DNA of 64,000 nt from Tubiluchus corallicola (lineage: Eukaryota > Animalia > Priapulida): the NCBI GenBank assembly GCA_030141605.1, contig JAQGDQ010000024.1, positions 496,001 through 560,000 on the forward strand, written 5' to 3'. How positions within the stretch are numbered: the first letter of the stretch is position 1; every line of letters starts with the position of its first letter. Below are positions 12,567-25,904 of this stretch, in pieces. The notes beneath the pieces were generated by a model. It worked only from the letters and a program-made list of their open reading frames with translations. It made no database searches and was not told the origin of the DNA. The position numbers and the translations under genes are program-made.

Positions 12567-12802
12567 TGCTAAATCACTTGAAGCTTGGTTATGCTATATG
12601 AAACAGCAGGAGAGCTTATTGCGCAAATATTATACCGAAACTGCTTTTTTGCGCTTGTCCAATACTCAGTGTTCGCAAGCATTCAACGAGCTTGTCGTAG
12701 CTGTGCAGCCACTGGCTGTTTTACCATTTGACCTCAATATATTTCTTCATCCTGGCACTGTTTGTCTGGAAACAAATATGAACTTGACACAGGAAAAGAA
12801 AG
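12567..12802 (+). CDS. RUSC2: RUSC-like protein, end of RUN domain (NAKSLEAWL...YYTETAFL...QPLAVLPFDL)
   Basis: Acceptor TTTCTTTCAG. Shows the RUN C-terminal signature L..W...YY...AFL...LQPL..LPF.L. Donor AAAG|GTTTGT (an alternative same-phase donor lies 30 nt downstream). Confidence 0.85.
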
Positions 12803-13277
12803 GTTTGTACAAAGGGACCTTAGCTATTGATGGTTAAGAAAAATGGTTTTGCGTCATTTTTGTAGTCCTGGTTATGGGCTTTGAATGCTATGTACTTTGT
12901 TTATGCATAGTTTAACTGACTGTCCATGTTCACAAAGTAATATAGTCTCAAGATTTTTATTGTATGTCATTGTCTTTTATTTTTCATGGTATGTTTCTTG
13001 GTATAACCGAATTTATCTTTTGCAAGAATTATCCAAGCAGAGAGAACACTGTTCCCCTAATATAGTAATTGTTGGTACTTATCTGTGGAATATAAAACTG
13101 TGACTTTTTTCATAAGCTTATTCAGCAAAAAAAAGTTTTAAACAGTTTGAAACAGCTTTACATGGAAAAAGTATCATGGTTATCCTTGCAAGTATCATTG
13201 TTATGTAAGCTTCCTATGAGTTGTAAGCTTTCTCTTTTTTCAAATTATAAAGTTAATAAGTTTATTAATATTTCCAG

Positions 13278-14100
13278 CTTCCACTCCAGCAAAGCCTCCA
13301 AGAACAACGTTACCGGTTTCGAAAGTGGCTGCTGTAAGGTCACCAGCAGCAAAGCCAGTTGTGCCACCAAAACCAGTCAGAATTGATTCTACGGCTGTCT
13401 GTACTAAGGAGTCGAACACACGGCCACAGTCACTAAAGCCTTTTAGTGCTGTTAAACCGTATCAGACCAATACTATAACTTCTGGTGGTAAAAAAGGCTG
13501 CAAAGAAGACGCGTTAGCAGCTGCTGTGCGCACATCTCCCCAAGAACCCCAGGTTCCAACTTCTTCACCTGATGCATTTTCTCTGGCCACGCTTACTACA
13601 AGCATGTCAAAAAAATGGCGAGGGTTTGGCACTAATATTATAAAGACAATTGATAAACTTATAACGTCACCCACAGCTGATGGAGAGCTTGTGAAGCCAG
13701 TAAAAGTGTATCAACCAAATCCTACAGTGCAGAAGTCACCTGTGAATGACTTGAAAACCACCATTCCTGTCAAGCAAGATATTGCAAAGGTGGTTAAGCA
13801 AAGTCACGAACATTCTGAACAGAACGGATTGGTGGCAACAAAGAACTGTAATGGCGGTATAACAGCTGACAGTCGGATGTCCACAAGCTCAGTCTCCTCT
13901 CAAGAGCAAGAGCAAGTGCAGACGCCAGACTCGGAAGATGCCGCCAATGTTGTGAAACCTAAGAAGTGGTCGCGATCGAGAAAGCAATCGGGTACAAAAA
14001 TTCCTATGAAGAAAAAGACGCCATCTCCTGTGAATTCAACAACCAGTCCTCTGAGCGATCGACCGCCAGAAACTGTGAAATTATTTGGGAAGCACTTCAA
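13278..14100 (+). CDS. RUSC2: RUSC-like protein, Pro/Ser/Lys-rich linker exon between RUN and SH3
   Basis: Acceptor ATTTCCAG, donor TTCAA|GTATGT. Contains the 270-aa ORF at 13325, and phases fit both neighbours. Confidence 0.8.
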
Positions 14101-14469
14101 GTATGTATGCGTCTTTAAATGCAAAATTTCTGTATAGCTCGTATAATAAATTGGGCCTGTCATACAAAAGACAATTTTATTCTAATTTACCACTATAGTT
14201 GGTAAACAGAGTTATTTTTTTAATTTGTTTGTTGTCATATAATTTAGGCTTGTGATTGTACATATTATTACAAAGCCTTGTAAAGCTTGCATTAAATTCG
14301 TTTGTTGCAAAATAACTTAGGATATTTAGGATTAGACCAATGTATTAAAATTTGTTTTTTAGGAATTTCGAAAACTTTTTGAATACTATGTGATAACTAT
14401 AAGTACGTACAGTAGTTAAGTGCATGTAAATTTTCAGCATGCAAATAATGTGTTAATAATCTATTTCAG

Positions 14470-14638
14470 ACACGCCAAAGCCATTTGCGAGCACATTGCA
14501 CGGAGAGAAACAAATGAGCTTACATTTGAGAAGGGTGCAGTGCTAACTGTGCTTCATGACATTGACCGAGATTGGATGCGTTGCCAGTATAAGAACAAAG
14601 TTGGCTTGGTGCCAAAAAAGTGTGTGAAGGGCTACTAA
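14470..14638 (+). CDS. RUSC2: RUSC-like protein, terminal exon, SH3 domain
   Basis: Acceptor TATTTCAG. HAKAICEH...ELTFEKGAVLTVLHDIDRDWMRC...VGLVPKKCV is a typical SH3 pattern (ELxF.KG, DW, GLVP). Stop TAA at 14636-14638. Confidence 0.9.
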
Positions 14639-16814
14639 GTAGCCACAAAGAAACATACACATTTAGTGTACATAATACATTTGGACTGTATTAATTACTT
14701 AACAAACCAATTATTTTTACAGCATTCAAAAATATTATGTGAAATAGTTAATGTGTTGTAAAAAGACTTCCTTGCAGATATATCAGCTCTAAAAGTCTAT
14801 TAATCAGTGCTACGCATGTGAATGAACTCTGGAAAGCTTCACATGAAGAAAACTGCATTTTGAATTGAACTGCAGAAAATTGAATTTGCAGAATAACAAA
14901 AAGTGGCAGTTTCAATTTGACTTAGCCATAAACAGCTGCACACCTTAAACCAATGATAACAGAATCAGTATTGATATTAATTTACTGGAAACAAGTTAGT
15001 CATTAACATACTAGTCATTTAATGTTGTTATTATTTCTATTATAGTTATTACGTATACATGGTTGTGAATATTACTTATAGTAGAATGTAGATTATAGAT
15101 GATTGTGAGCATACATTTTACACTACTGCAAAATGCAAAAAAATTACATCGACAAAAGGTGTATGTAAATAACATTTTGATTATACCAGTGAGGTTTTAA
15201 AATACTAGAGTATGCAAGTATTTCGAAAAGCTAAACTGTATTTTATGAAAGTATGTACATTATTTTAAATATGTTAATCCAATGAGAAACACCTGTCATA
15301 ATTACATTCAAATTTATGTGTGAAATTGTTTGAGCATAGCACTGTTTTTTGTATAATATTTTGTTCGTTTATTTTGGTCATATGTTTATGATCTATTATG
15401 CCATTGTTTATCATGGGTCTTGATTAAAGAGTAAAGTAAACTGTAATTATTGTTTATTTTTTTTCAAAAGAGTAATTTGTTTGTAGACCCTGCTAAACTT
15501 TATATGCGTAGATTATTATTATTTGTTTAAAGCTTTTAAAGCAGTCATGTAGTTTTAAAATGATATTATGTATCATAATCATGCTTGTATTTATTGTAAA
15601 TTTGTTCTATTTTCAGTTTTACCTTTTCAATCACACTAGTCACCTTTTTTAATCTATGAATTTAAATTTAAATTTGTCCTGCTGTACTTATTTATAACTT
15701 GAATGAAACTGCTATTTTTACTTGTTTATATCAACATTCTTTTGAAAGGACATTTTTGTTAAATATTCATTATTATTGTTAGTTTGTTCTTGTTTAATAC
15801 AAATTTTTCTTTCTCATTGCTTACACACAATAAGTGAGCCATTTTAGATTTCTATTATGCTTACACGCATTATATTACAATGTTATTGTTTTTTGTAAAC
15901 CATTTATTTGCTTTTTGTTAGTGAACTGTTTTGGACTTTTGTTTATAACAGATGGGACACTTTATGGCATTGCAATATTATGCTTGAATCTATTAATATA
16001 ATATGCTATTGTTTACTTGAACTGAAGTGGTGGTGGATGTCAAAGTCGGATAACGGCAAAGTGTGAATCTGGTTGATTAAGATAAGTTGCGAAAGCATAA
16101 GATTGTTTTTTGCCCTTAACTAGAATTTGCTTATTGTGTTAACTCTTCTTGGAATCAACATTTTGCTACTACATTGAGCATGTCTAGGGCTCTACTAATG
16201 CTAACTGCTTGCCACCTTAAGCTGTTCAACACTCGATCTTTGCAGGCTGTCTATCATATCTGAAGTAAACGCCATGTAGTGTAATCTTTATTCGAAACTT
16301 TTTGGCACTGTTAAGTAATAATAATTTGGCATGATTGCAAATACTGAGACCAGTATAAAATACTGTTATGTTATGAAATTTAAAGCTTCTGCTAGCACAA
16401 TAAAGCCACATTTCTCGAGGTATTTTACATTTTAATTGAAAAAACTCAATTTTCACGGAATCATTAAGAATGTGGTCATTGCTTTGTTATTCTTTGTACT
16501 AACAATGATTGTTAGTTGTGTATCGTTTTTCCTGTTCAGAAATCCGATCTCAGTATGTGCATTCAGTCTGTCCCGTATACACAAAAGCATTTCCCTGGAA
16601 TTACCTAGTTATATAATAAAAAGTATATCATCGCAAATTTATGTTTATTTGTTTGTATGTTTACTGCCTAGTTCTTATCAGTACTTTTGTTGAAGATGTT
16701 TTCGAGATTTATTTTGGTTTCTGTTCAATTAGGTAGCAAGACATTGATCTCAGTATTAAGATCTGGGCACATTCATTGCAAACTGAGCACCTCCCAAATG
16801 TTCTTGGCTGTTAT

Positions 16815-16910
16815 ATAGCTAAGTGGTCACGATATCCACTGAGTGACAAATGTTGTGCAATGCTAACCCTGGTCAGTAAGTGGATGGTTGATCGCTTGGA
16901 AAACTGCTTT
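16815..16910 (+). mobile_element. decayed SINE-like fragment with a 5S rRNA-derived internal promoter segment
   Basis: TAGCTAAGTGG A-box-like motif, then GTTGTGCAATGCTAACCCTGGTCAGTAAGTGGATGGTTGATCGCTTGGAAAAC, resembling 5S rRNA positions ~50-105. Confidence 0.45.
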
Positions 16911-17077
16911 GGGCATTTTCGTTTGTCAAATTGTCATATTACCCTGGCCATTTAGTTTGTGACTGGAGGACGTATAGGGTTACAACGTGGCCAAGATACC
17001 TGTGTGGTTTTATTGTCTCATTTTAGAAGACTGTCCTGCATTAATGAAAGTTTCACTCCTAAGTGCAAAATGCCTAT

Positions 17078-17422
17078 TAGGGGTGAGCATGTCCAAATCG
17101 AATTTGATTCGAACAAGTTTTTTAGTTCGATTTCGATTCGAACCTAAAGTTATAGATTCTAATAATTCAGCACTAAAACTATAATTGCGTTCTTTATCAT
17201 TAAAACATTGGAAACATCGTACAATCAGCGCATTTTGGCTGCAGTATTTCTGTGCACTATTTTCAAACAAATTGTTAGTCTTTTTATTACAGCAAAAAAT
17301 CAAGTAATATGCTGGATTTTTGCGAGACCGCTTTTTATTAACGGTTCGAAAATCTTTGCAATTGAATTCGGATTCGAAATTCGGTTTGACTCAATAGTCG
17401 CAAATTTGATTTGATCGAATTC
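17078..17422 (+). mobile_element. dispersed repeat copy B of the same MITE family
   Basis: Same blocks in the same order as 8222-8595. Confidence 0.75.
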
Positions 17423-19879
17423 CAATAATCCATTGGATTATGTGATAACCTGTAAACAGAAAGTAGCCTGTGAAATAACAGAATGGAAACTAAGAACAAG
17501 TCACTCCATATGTTGGGTTTATTTTACTGTTATCACTTAAACTTGGAAAAATATAACAAAGAAATTTGCAAAGAATTGCCTGTAAAGTATAAATGTCAAA
17601 TTTACTACCTCTGAATAAAAATTTTCAAGTGTGGTGATTGTTGCTATTCACTGGAAAATCGTAACGTAACTGGGAGACTTCGTGACTTTTCCTAAACACG
17701 TCATGGCTTGCCGTAAGAATGTGCTGCTTAAATTAATTCAGATTTCTGCAGCTTGCCTAATGTTCACGCAAAATGTTACAAAATTAGCTATCTAATTTTT
17801 TCGTAAAAACTTATACTTTCGATGAAAATTGACAGTGCACTACTTTTCTTCAAGATGTATGACGTCATTAGAAGGAGAATGAACATTGAAAATGGGAGCG
17901 CCCATGCATGATTTGATTGCGACTTTAAAGTGATTTTACTAATTACACAAGGCGCTTTTTGCAGTTTTAATACTAAATCCTTCTAAAAAATATTGGGAAC
18001 ATTGAAATAAGCCTAGAAACTTCAAGAAGCCTTGTCCTTTCCTTTAGAGTGAAAATAAATTTTAAAAATAAGTTTACGACTTAAAGTGTCCTATGAAGGA
18101 AATTATGATGACACAACTGATTTTACCAAGGTGTGAGAAAGCTTTAAATATATTGGGTGAATCAGATAATTATTATAGAGTTAGATCTAAAAATAATTGA
18201 AACAAAAAAGTTGTTAACAATAAATAGTAGGATACAAAAAGTAACAAATGTAGGACAAAAATGGGTCTGGAAATAAAAATTTAGTATAACAATGTATGTA
18301 TATGCATGCTAAAGTAATTGCAGACTGTCTACATTGGTGTTAAATCACTTACATGTTAAACTTTTGGCTCACTCTTAGGATTTTTACTTTTCTCTGTATG
18401 ATAACAAAGTATACACAATAAAGTAGGGAAAGTCCTTCTGCGCAGTAGTTCGCGCAGTTAGTGTCGCCCTAGCGGCTATTCAGTGCGGCCTGTTGTTGTC
18501 AGGTACGCAACAGCGCAGGCTGTGGGTACTGTAGCAGATGAATTGATGAGACCATCAAAACCAGCCCGGTTAACAGGCGCTCATAAATTGCTCAGCAGTG
18601 AGTTGCAAAAACACAAAAAGATATCTTTTTAAATTTCGCAAGGATGCAGCCAGGTAATTATAATAAAATGTTAATTATAACACAGTTTTGAAACTTTGGT
18701 TACTAGTTAAATATTTTGTACGCTAAGCAAAGACTGCAAGGCCTACATCTCTCTTTGACGATTTATAGCAGCTGTTATCTTTTTGAATATTATTTAAAGT
18801 AAGCATAAGGCGTTAAGAATAATTTGTAGTTAAAATAAAAATTATTATAATCATATCTCATAAAAATTAATAGGCTTATTTACAAAAGAAGTTAAGAAAG
18901 TTGATCAAAAGAAAGAATACCTGGCTCATGTAGTATTCGATTTCTGGAGAAATATTTTTTCTAAAAAACATTTCTATTTCATATGTTCTTATCAGGAAAT
19001 ATAACTTGAAGATATATTAGGCCTGACTTTCATGTGTAATACCTTTCATAGAAAAAAATCGATTTTTTCAGAAGAGCAAATAATTTTCCAGAACATAACT
19101 TAATCTAAACATCTGCTTGTTTTGTTAATTCCAAGTTAAAAAATGTTTAAAAAGCATATAATCATACATTGGCCTTTGTTATGAGTTGGAGTTAGTTATA
19201 AAATGACGTTGAACAAGCAGAGATGTATTTACGACATTACTGCTCTTTTTTATTATCAGTGAACAAAAAATAACTGAAGGAAACATCAGAGCTGTCATCC
19301 TAAGCAGCCGATATAACTTCCAACTCTATAACAACCAACTAACTATGTCAAAACCTAGTTAAAGAATTTAGGCGAGAAGCATAAATTAGAATCTGCACGC
19401 GTGTCATAATACCTTATAATATCATGTGCAGACATTACTTATATTTGGCCTAATTTTTTAAGATTCAGTTAGGCTTACATCAAAATAAATGTTCATTAAA
19501 TACAGTTTACTTACGTGTAAAAAATGTACTTGTATAATGTTCTTTTGTTTTGTTTATTAATTAGACTCTTTAGTATTATTTTAATGCATGTACTTTGCAG
19601 CTTGATTCAGTTCCCTATTTGAAAGTTTGTTTAAATTTCTGTTTGGCTAGCTTGCTTTTCATTTTATTTAGTTTGTTTTTTATTATTTTTATTTAGTATT
19701 ATTGTTATTATTTTGCATGTTTTTCTCATATTGAGTTATGCATGGACAATATGACAGCTTGAATTTGGTCATTTTTTGCACTAATGTTTTTCTTTTGCTA
19801 ATAGGTACCATTACGACCTTTGTTACTTTATTAGTAAGGTATAAATCAATTTAAATGAAATTATTCATTCATCGCCGCC

Positions 19880-20050
19880 TATATCAAAATCGTAATTACA
19901 TATTAAGTTTTCCTCATGTTTCCTTACTGTTCATTACATCTTTTACTTTATTTCAAAATTATTTCAATATTTATATCAAAATCGTAATTCCATATTGTGT
20001 TTTTCTTATGTTTCCTTGCTATTATTACATCATTTACTTTATTACATCAA
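19880..20050. repeat. tandem duplication, 2 x ~92 bp
   Basis: TATATCAAAATCGTAATT.CATATT...ATGTTTCCTT...ATTACATC.TTTACTTTATT occurs twice. Confidence 0.8.
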
Positions 20051-20246
20051 TTTCATTGAGTCATCTACAAAAGCACGCATATCTTTAATAATTTTTTCAT
20101 TTTCATTTAAGTAAGGTGAGTGTGTTAATGACCGTATGGTCACCTCACACTACTCAAATTATTTTATTTATTGTTTATTTATGTGTACAATATTGTATTT
20201 TGATGTGTGAAATAAAATTCATAGTTCATAGTTCCGTCTTTCTTTT

Positions 20247-20248
<2 letters not shown>

Positions 20249-20292
<44 letters not shown>
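20249..20292. repeat. (CT)n microsatellite
   Basis: Pure CT run upstream of UTP25. Confidence 0.95.
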
Positions 20293-20295
<3 letters not shown>

Positions 20296-20827
20296 CCTCT
20301 TTCTCTCTAAGAGAGGGAGGGAGAGAAAAATCAATAAATCAATGAAAAATGCATTACTTCTTTACATAGCAGGCAGCACATCATGCAGTCAGCTAGCCTC
20401 TTTCCTCAGGAAAAACAATAAAATTTTACTTACAAGAAAACTGAACAGGCATTTGCAAGTACATAATACAAACTTATTGCTACAATTTTTTTCCTTTTCA
20501 TGAAATGTTTTCAGTTTTTTTAAACTAATAATTGCTTTTAATTGAGATATGCTTCTTTTATTAAAAACGCAAAAGTGATTTTGGCTTATCAAAATTGCAC
20601 GTATGCCAACACTACTGGTGAACTTAATAATATTATTATTACAGTCAATGCGGCACTCCAAATTTTTCACTGAATGGCCGTTTGATGCCGCCAGCATAGC
20701 CGCTAATCGCAAAAAGGAAATACGTAACATTAGGTGTCTTTCGTCACTTCCTCTTTAGACACTTTGATGATAAGGTACGTTTACGTAGTGCGCCTTAGGT
20801 GAGGCGAATTCATTCACAACAACAAAT

Positions 20828-21949
20828 ATGGCACCGCACGTGAAGAAAAAGCGTGATTTTCGTCGAAAAAATAGCAAAAAGCGCAAGAAATTTTCTGACA
20901 AGCTTTTAGAGATAAACCAAAAAGCAAAGTTTGATATCAGAAAATATTATGGACGTCAGCAGAATGATCTCAAAAGTAAAAAAAATGATGATAACCAGCG
21001 CAAGTATCACGCAGAGAAGGTTCGTGAACAAGCGGTGACAGATTCGTCTGACGAAAACGAAGATGATTTTCAAAATCTGCTTCACTCGTTGCACACTGTA
21101 GAGATGACACGGCCTTTAGTGTGCTATGGCGAAATTACTAACAGTGATAATGGCATATCCGGTGAGATTAGCAATACGTCTAACTCATCTAAGTTTACGG
21201 AAGCGAAAAGCAGTTCAAAGGTTCTAGAGAATAACGCAAGTTGTCTCAGCACGCTGAAAAACAGTCTTCAAGACGTGAAAGTGCAAGCTAGTTTAGAGTC
21301 TTTGGAATCTGACAGTGAAGATGGTGAGAATGGTGGCACAATTCTGCAATGCGCAAACATCTTGAATGATGCAAAATATGATTTTTTTCATTCTCATTTC
21401 GAAACCTTATTAACAGAAGAGCAAGCAAAGATGTTGTCAGGCAATGATGCCTGGTCTGGAAGCCAAATAAAATTACTTATGCTCGGTAATGCAAAATATT
21501 CTTGTGTTTGTGCCAAAACCGATCAATTGGCAGGTCTTCCAATAGAATATAAGTTTGACATACAGAGAGAAAACATCAAGAAAACACTTTTGCATAATTT
21601 ACCAGATGCTTTGAATGAGCTTAGTCATACTCAGCAGTTGTCGCAGTTGCAAGAGGAATTGTTTTACTTGCTTAACAGATATTATGATGTCCTCTATCCA
21701 GAAGAAACGTTGGATACGTTAGAACAAATTAGAACTATTTATTCATTGCATGCTCTTAATCATGTGCTAAAAACCAGAAGCCGCATACTGCATCACAACA
21801 ACAAGCTTTCTAAGAGAAGTGAGGTTCCAGATGAATACCGAGATCATGGTCTTACACGGCCAAAAGTTCTTATTCTTGTGCCATTTAGGGAGTCAGCTTT
21901 ACGTATTGTTAATGCATTCTGTAAGCTTTTGCTACCAAATCTTGGCCAG
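20828..21949 (+). CDS. UTP25: U3 snoRNA-associated protein 25 (digestive organ expansion factor), exon 1
   Basis: ATG, basic then acidic N-terminus, and the family motifs YSLHALNHVLKTRSRILHHN and EYRDHGLTRPKVLILVPFRESALRIV. Donor CAG|GTAATT. Confidence 0.93.
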
Positions 21950-22904
21950 GTAATTTTGCTTGTGTTACAGTATTAGTTTTGCTGTGCGCATACATGTGCC
22001 ATTGCGGTCTGCATCTATTATGCACTTGCTTGTGTGCATTTCCATTTACCATATGAAGCATATTTTAAAATAAACAGAATTTATGATTGTGAATGTAATC
22101 CTTTATCACTGGGACTCTTAACTTCAATACTTTGTATACTTTTTAAGCACTCGGACATTAACAAATGTTTCGTATTACTCTGCAGTACTTTAATTTGTAT
22201 GCACTGATGGCTAAGAATAATTGTTGTCATTTTTCTTGTACAGAAGCCTACCACTTTAAAAAATGGCATTTGAAAGTAGCCAAATTACTTCATATATTCA
22301 TTAGTAAGCAGACGTGAATTTTCACCTTGTCAATTAGATTTTGTCGTGCTATGCAAATTTTCCATCATGACATTTTGCCTTTGTGCATGACCTCCAAAAA
22401 AAACATGTAGAGAACGTCACAACATTTTGCAAATTATTAATGGTCACAGTCAAATCAGTTTTAGAATAATGCAGAAGACTCCAGATTAATGTCAAAAGTC
22501 ACCAAATGTCATCACCTAAATTATGCAGAGAAAGGAAGACCTGGGCCAGCATAGCAGTGAGCAGATAGACACTTCCTTATTAGTTAGAAAATTTGACAAA
22601 GTATATGCATAAAACTTGATTAGGCTTAATCGTTTTGAAACAAGTGTTTTTTTCTTACAAAACTCACAGCTGTGTAAGACAGTACATTGAAATTATGTAC
22701 ATAAGCTTCTGATACAAGGATACTAGGATACAAGATTCTACAGAATTTTTTTATTTAGCACCAATAAATTCACCCCTTCCGCGTGAGTTTATTATATGAT
22801 TTATATGATTGCATGCTCTAAGCTATTTAGCGCTTTTTGTAAGGCTAGTGATAATACATTTTTTAATTTACATCATTATTACCAATTGTTTTGTATTTTT
22901 GCAG

Positions 22905-24029
22905 CAGTCGCTTGTGACAAACAGAAAACGTTTTCAGTCAGAATATGGAACAAAAGATAGTGAAAAAGACAATCTTACCAATAAACCTGAAGATTACTCC
23001 ACAATGTTTGCAGGAAACATAGACGACTGCTTCAAGATAGGAATAGCCATTGGTAAGAAAAGCTTGAAACTGTATTGTGATTTTTATTCTGCAGACATCA
23101 TCATTGCATCCCCTTTAGGTCTGCGCATTCTAGTTGGTACTGAAGAAGACAAAGAACGAGATTTTGACTTTCTGTCTTCAATTGAGATCATGATTATAGA
23201 TCAAGCTCATGTGCTGTTGATGCAGAATTGGGATCATGTTTTGCATATTGTGGATCATATGCACTTACAGCCTAAGGATGCCCATGGTACTGATTTTTCC
23301 CGTGTTAGAATGTGGGCACTGAATGGTTGGAGCCAGTTTTATAGACAGACTCTAATGTTTAGTGGCATTTCAGCTGCCGAGCTGATATCCCTTTTCAATA
23401 AACGATGCCACAACTTTACGGGAAAGTTGCAGATTTGTAATCCAGTTAAACTAGGATCCATCTGTCGTATTGTCATTCAGCTGCCGCAGGTTTTTCATAA
23501 AATATCGTCATCATCATTTGCAGTTTTAGCAGATGCAAGATTTCAATTCTTTGTGCAAAAAATGCTGCCACATTTCAAGGACTTGGTTATGGCACAAACA
23601 TTAGTGTATGTTCCTTCATATTATGATTTTGTGCGATTAAGAAACTACTTTGTTAAGGAAGAAATAAATTGTTGTATACTGTCAGAGTACACAAAAGAGA
23701 AAAGGGCGGCACAGGCAAAGCGGCTATTTAGCAAACGAAAGAAGCATTTTATGCTGTTTAGTGAGCGATATCACTTCTTTAACCGAGACACCTTGTACGG
23801 CATACGTCACATTATTTTTTATGAATTACCTCGCTTTCCAGACTTTTATGTTGAGATTTGTAACATGATAAAACTGCGTGGCCAGGCTGACAATATATCT
23901 TGCACAGTGATGTATTCAAAGTATGATATGCAAAGACTAGCTTGTGCTGTGGGCACAGATCGGGCACAACACATGATCTCTAGTGCTAAAGATGTTCATC
24001 TGTTTGTTACTGGATCTGAAAGATTATGA
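22905..24029 (+). CDS. UTP25: U3 snoRNA-associated protein 25, exon 2
   Basis: Motifs KPEDY..FAGNIDDCFKIG, DFYSADIIIASPLGLR, DFDFLSSIE, MQNWDHV, DFSRVRMW and YVPSYYDFVRLRNYF. Acceptor TTTTGCAG, stop TGA. Joined length about 748 aa. Confidence 0.95.
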   Translation, partial: QSLVTNRKRFQSEYGTKDSEKDNLTNKPEDYSTMFAGNIDDCFKIGIAIGKKSLKLYCDFYSADIIIASPLGLRILVGTEEDKERDFDFLSSIEIMIIDQAHVLLMQNWDHVLHIVDHMHLQPKDAHGTDFSRVRMWALNGWSQFYRQTLMFSGISAAELISLFNKRCHNFTGKLQICNPVKLGSICRIVIQLPQVFHKISSSSFAVLADARFQFFVQKMLPHFKDLVMAQTLVYVPSYYDFVRLRNYFVKEEINCCILSEYTKEKRAAQAKRLFSKRKKHFMLFSERYHFFNRDTLYGIRHIIFYELPRFPDFYVEICNMIKLRGQADNISCTVMYSKYDMQRLACAVGTDRAQHMISSAKDVHLFVTGSERL

Positions 24030-24105
24030 TGCTTGGATAGGCAATAGTTATTGATTACACTTATAATGTAAACTAAGCAAAAAAAAATTCAAATTTGTAT
24101 AGAAA

Positions 24106-24111
24106 AATAAA
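24106..24111 (+). promoter_or_regulatory. candidate polyadenylation signal of UTP25
   Basis: AATAAA about 77 nt after the stop codon, followed by T-rich sequence. Confidence 0.5.
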
Positions 24112-25904
24112 AGTAAAATGAGAGTCTTTACTCGTTATTTATAGCTTGTTTATTTATAGCTACTAATTGTGTAATTAAGAAATGTTGGTGTTACCTATTA
24201 AAATTGGTTTATGGAAAACTTGTAAGACATAATATATGTGGGTTGCAAGCCTATAATGTATGTCTTAATTGCACAGTATGCTGAATTGTTTTAACTTTTG
24301 GCTAAACTTACATGACACTTTACAAAAATACATTTGTTTCGTTCATATTGAACCTAAGATTGTGGTAGCGAACTACAAGTAGCAACGTGTAGAAATGCAT
24401 TATAGTACTTGTTGATCATATCAACGCCTAGGTGTCGCTAGCATGCACCAAACTAAGTAAATCTTATGCTCTTTACTATAGTATAACCAAGTTAAGGATT
24501 ACCATTTCCAGAGTAGATCTATTGTGTCCAGGGAAAACGAAGTTTTGCTGTTTTGAGAAACGTTTGGGTTTTAAAACTAATGATAACGATCATTGTTATT
24601 CAGGAAACAGTAAATGCTCATCAGTGTTTTTATGTTTTGCATACAAACAATGTAAAGATATTTTATATAATTATGTACAGAAACATTATTAACCGTCATA
24701 CATAAATCTTATAAGATTTATTGCATATTTTTAATTCTGGTGTCGAGATCAGTTCTACAAAACGTAAAATTGTAAAATAATTGCACATCAGATTAACATA
24801 GATTAGGAAGCAATCTTATGGTGTACATGTATTACAATAATATACTGCACAGCGTTTAAGATTTTATCGCACCTTTATTTTTTAAACAGCCACAAATTCT
24901 AATATTTGACGCTAACAAGTAGATACAATTATAAAATAATTATATATCTAATTAACAAAAGCTTGAAAGTTGTGATGCCAGTAGTGCAAGATCGTCAGTT
25001 GGTACAGTTATTTGCGCACTTCATTTTTGTGCACTAGTAGTAAAATTTTTGATTGCAAGCCCATCTGTAAAAATATTAATAATAATCAAACATTTGGTGA
25101 GCCAGAATTCTATGTAGATGTGTAGATGGGTAAAGCAAATTTAAAATTTTCAAACAGCAAACTTAATTAAGTGACTAATTAAATGTTTTATTCTTGTAAT
25201 GAAATTATTGTTACTATAAACCTGCTTCTTATAATTATCTGAATACTGTTAAATGATTATTTTACTACATGGCAACACTAATTTGTAAACACTAGTAGAG
25301 TGGGATATTATGTGATGCTGAGATACATGAAAGAGAACGCATATATAAACTGAAGTCCTTTAGGCTGCCATGTATAATAATATAGGAAAAATATTAAAAT
25401 TAATCATGAAAAATACTGTTACTGGAAATAGTTCTAATAAAAATGTCTTTACAATTAATCAATACTAATTACTATATATCACTCTTCTATTTCTCAATAC
25501 ATGTGCATAAATCTTTGACAAATGTGAACCCAGCTTAAATAACGTCTAATGTTTTATGTTGCTAAGCGAGAAAAGGACTAAACCGAATTTGTGTAGTATG
25601 CAATAATAATTTAGCTAATTTCTTACATAAAAATTTTGTTAGTGCATATACTCACTTTTGTTTTCGTCCAACGTTGCAAATGAAAAAGATAAATTGGACA
25701 AGTAAAAACAAAATTTATGTAAAAAGATGTAAATTGATGCAAACGAGTTCAATTGCAAATTTATAATTTTAGGTTTTTTTAAATTTTTTGATGAAAGTCG
25801 GCCGGAATCACATTATTAACTTTTTTTAGGAATGTAGCAATGTTAAGCATAACCTTCAGTAATTCTAAACTGCAATTTTATTTTTTGTGAGTTGCTTGTA
25901 TGTA

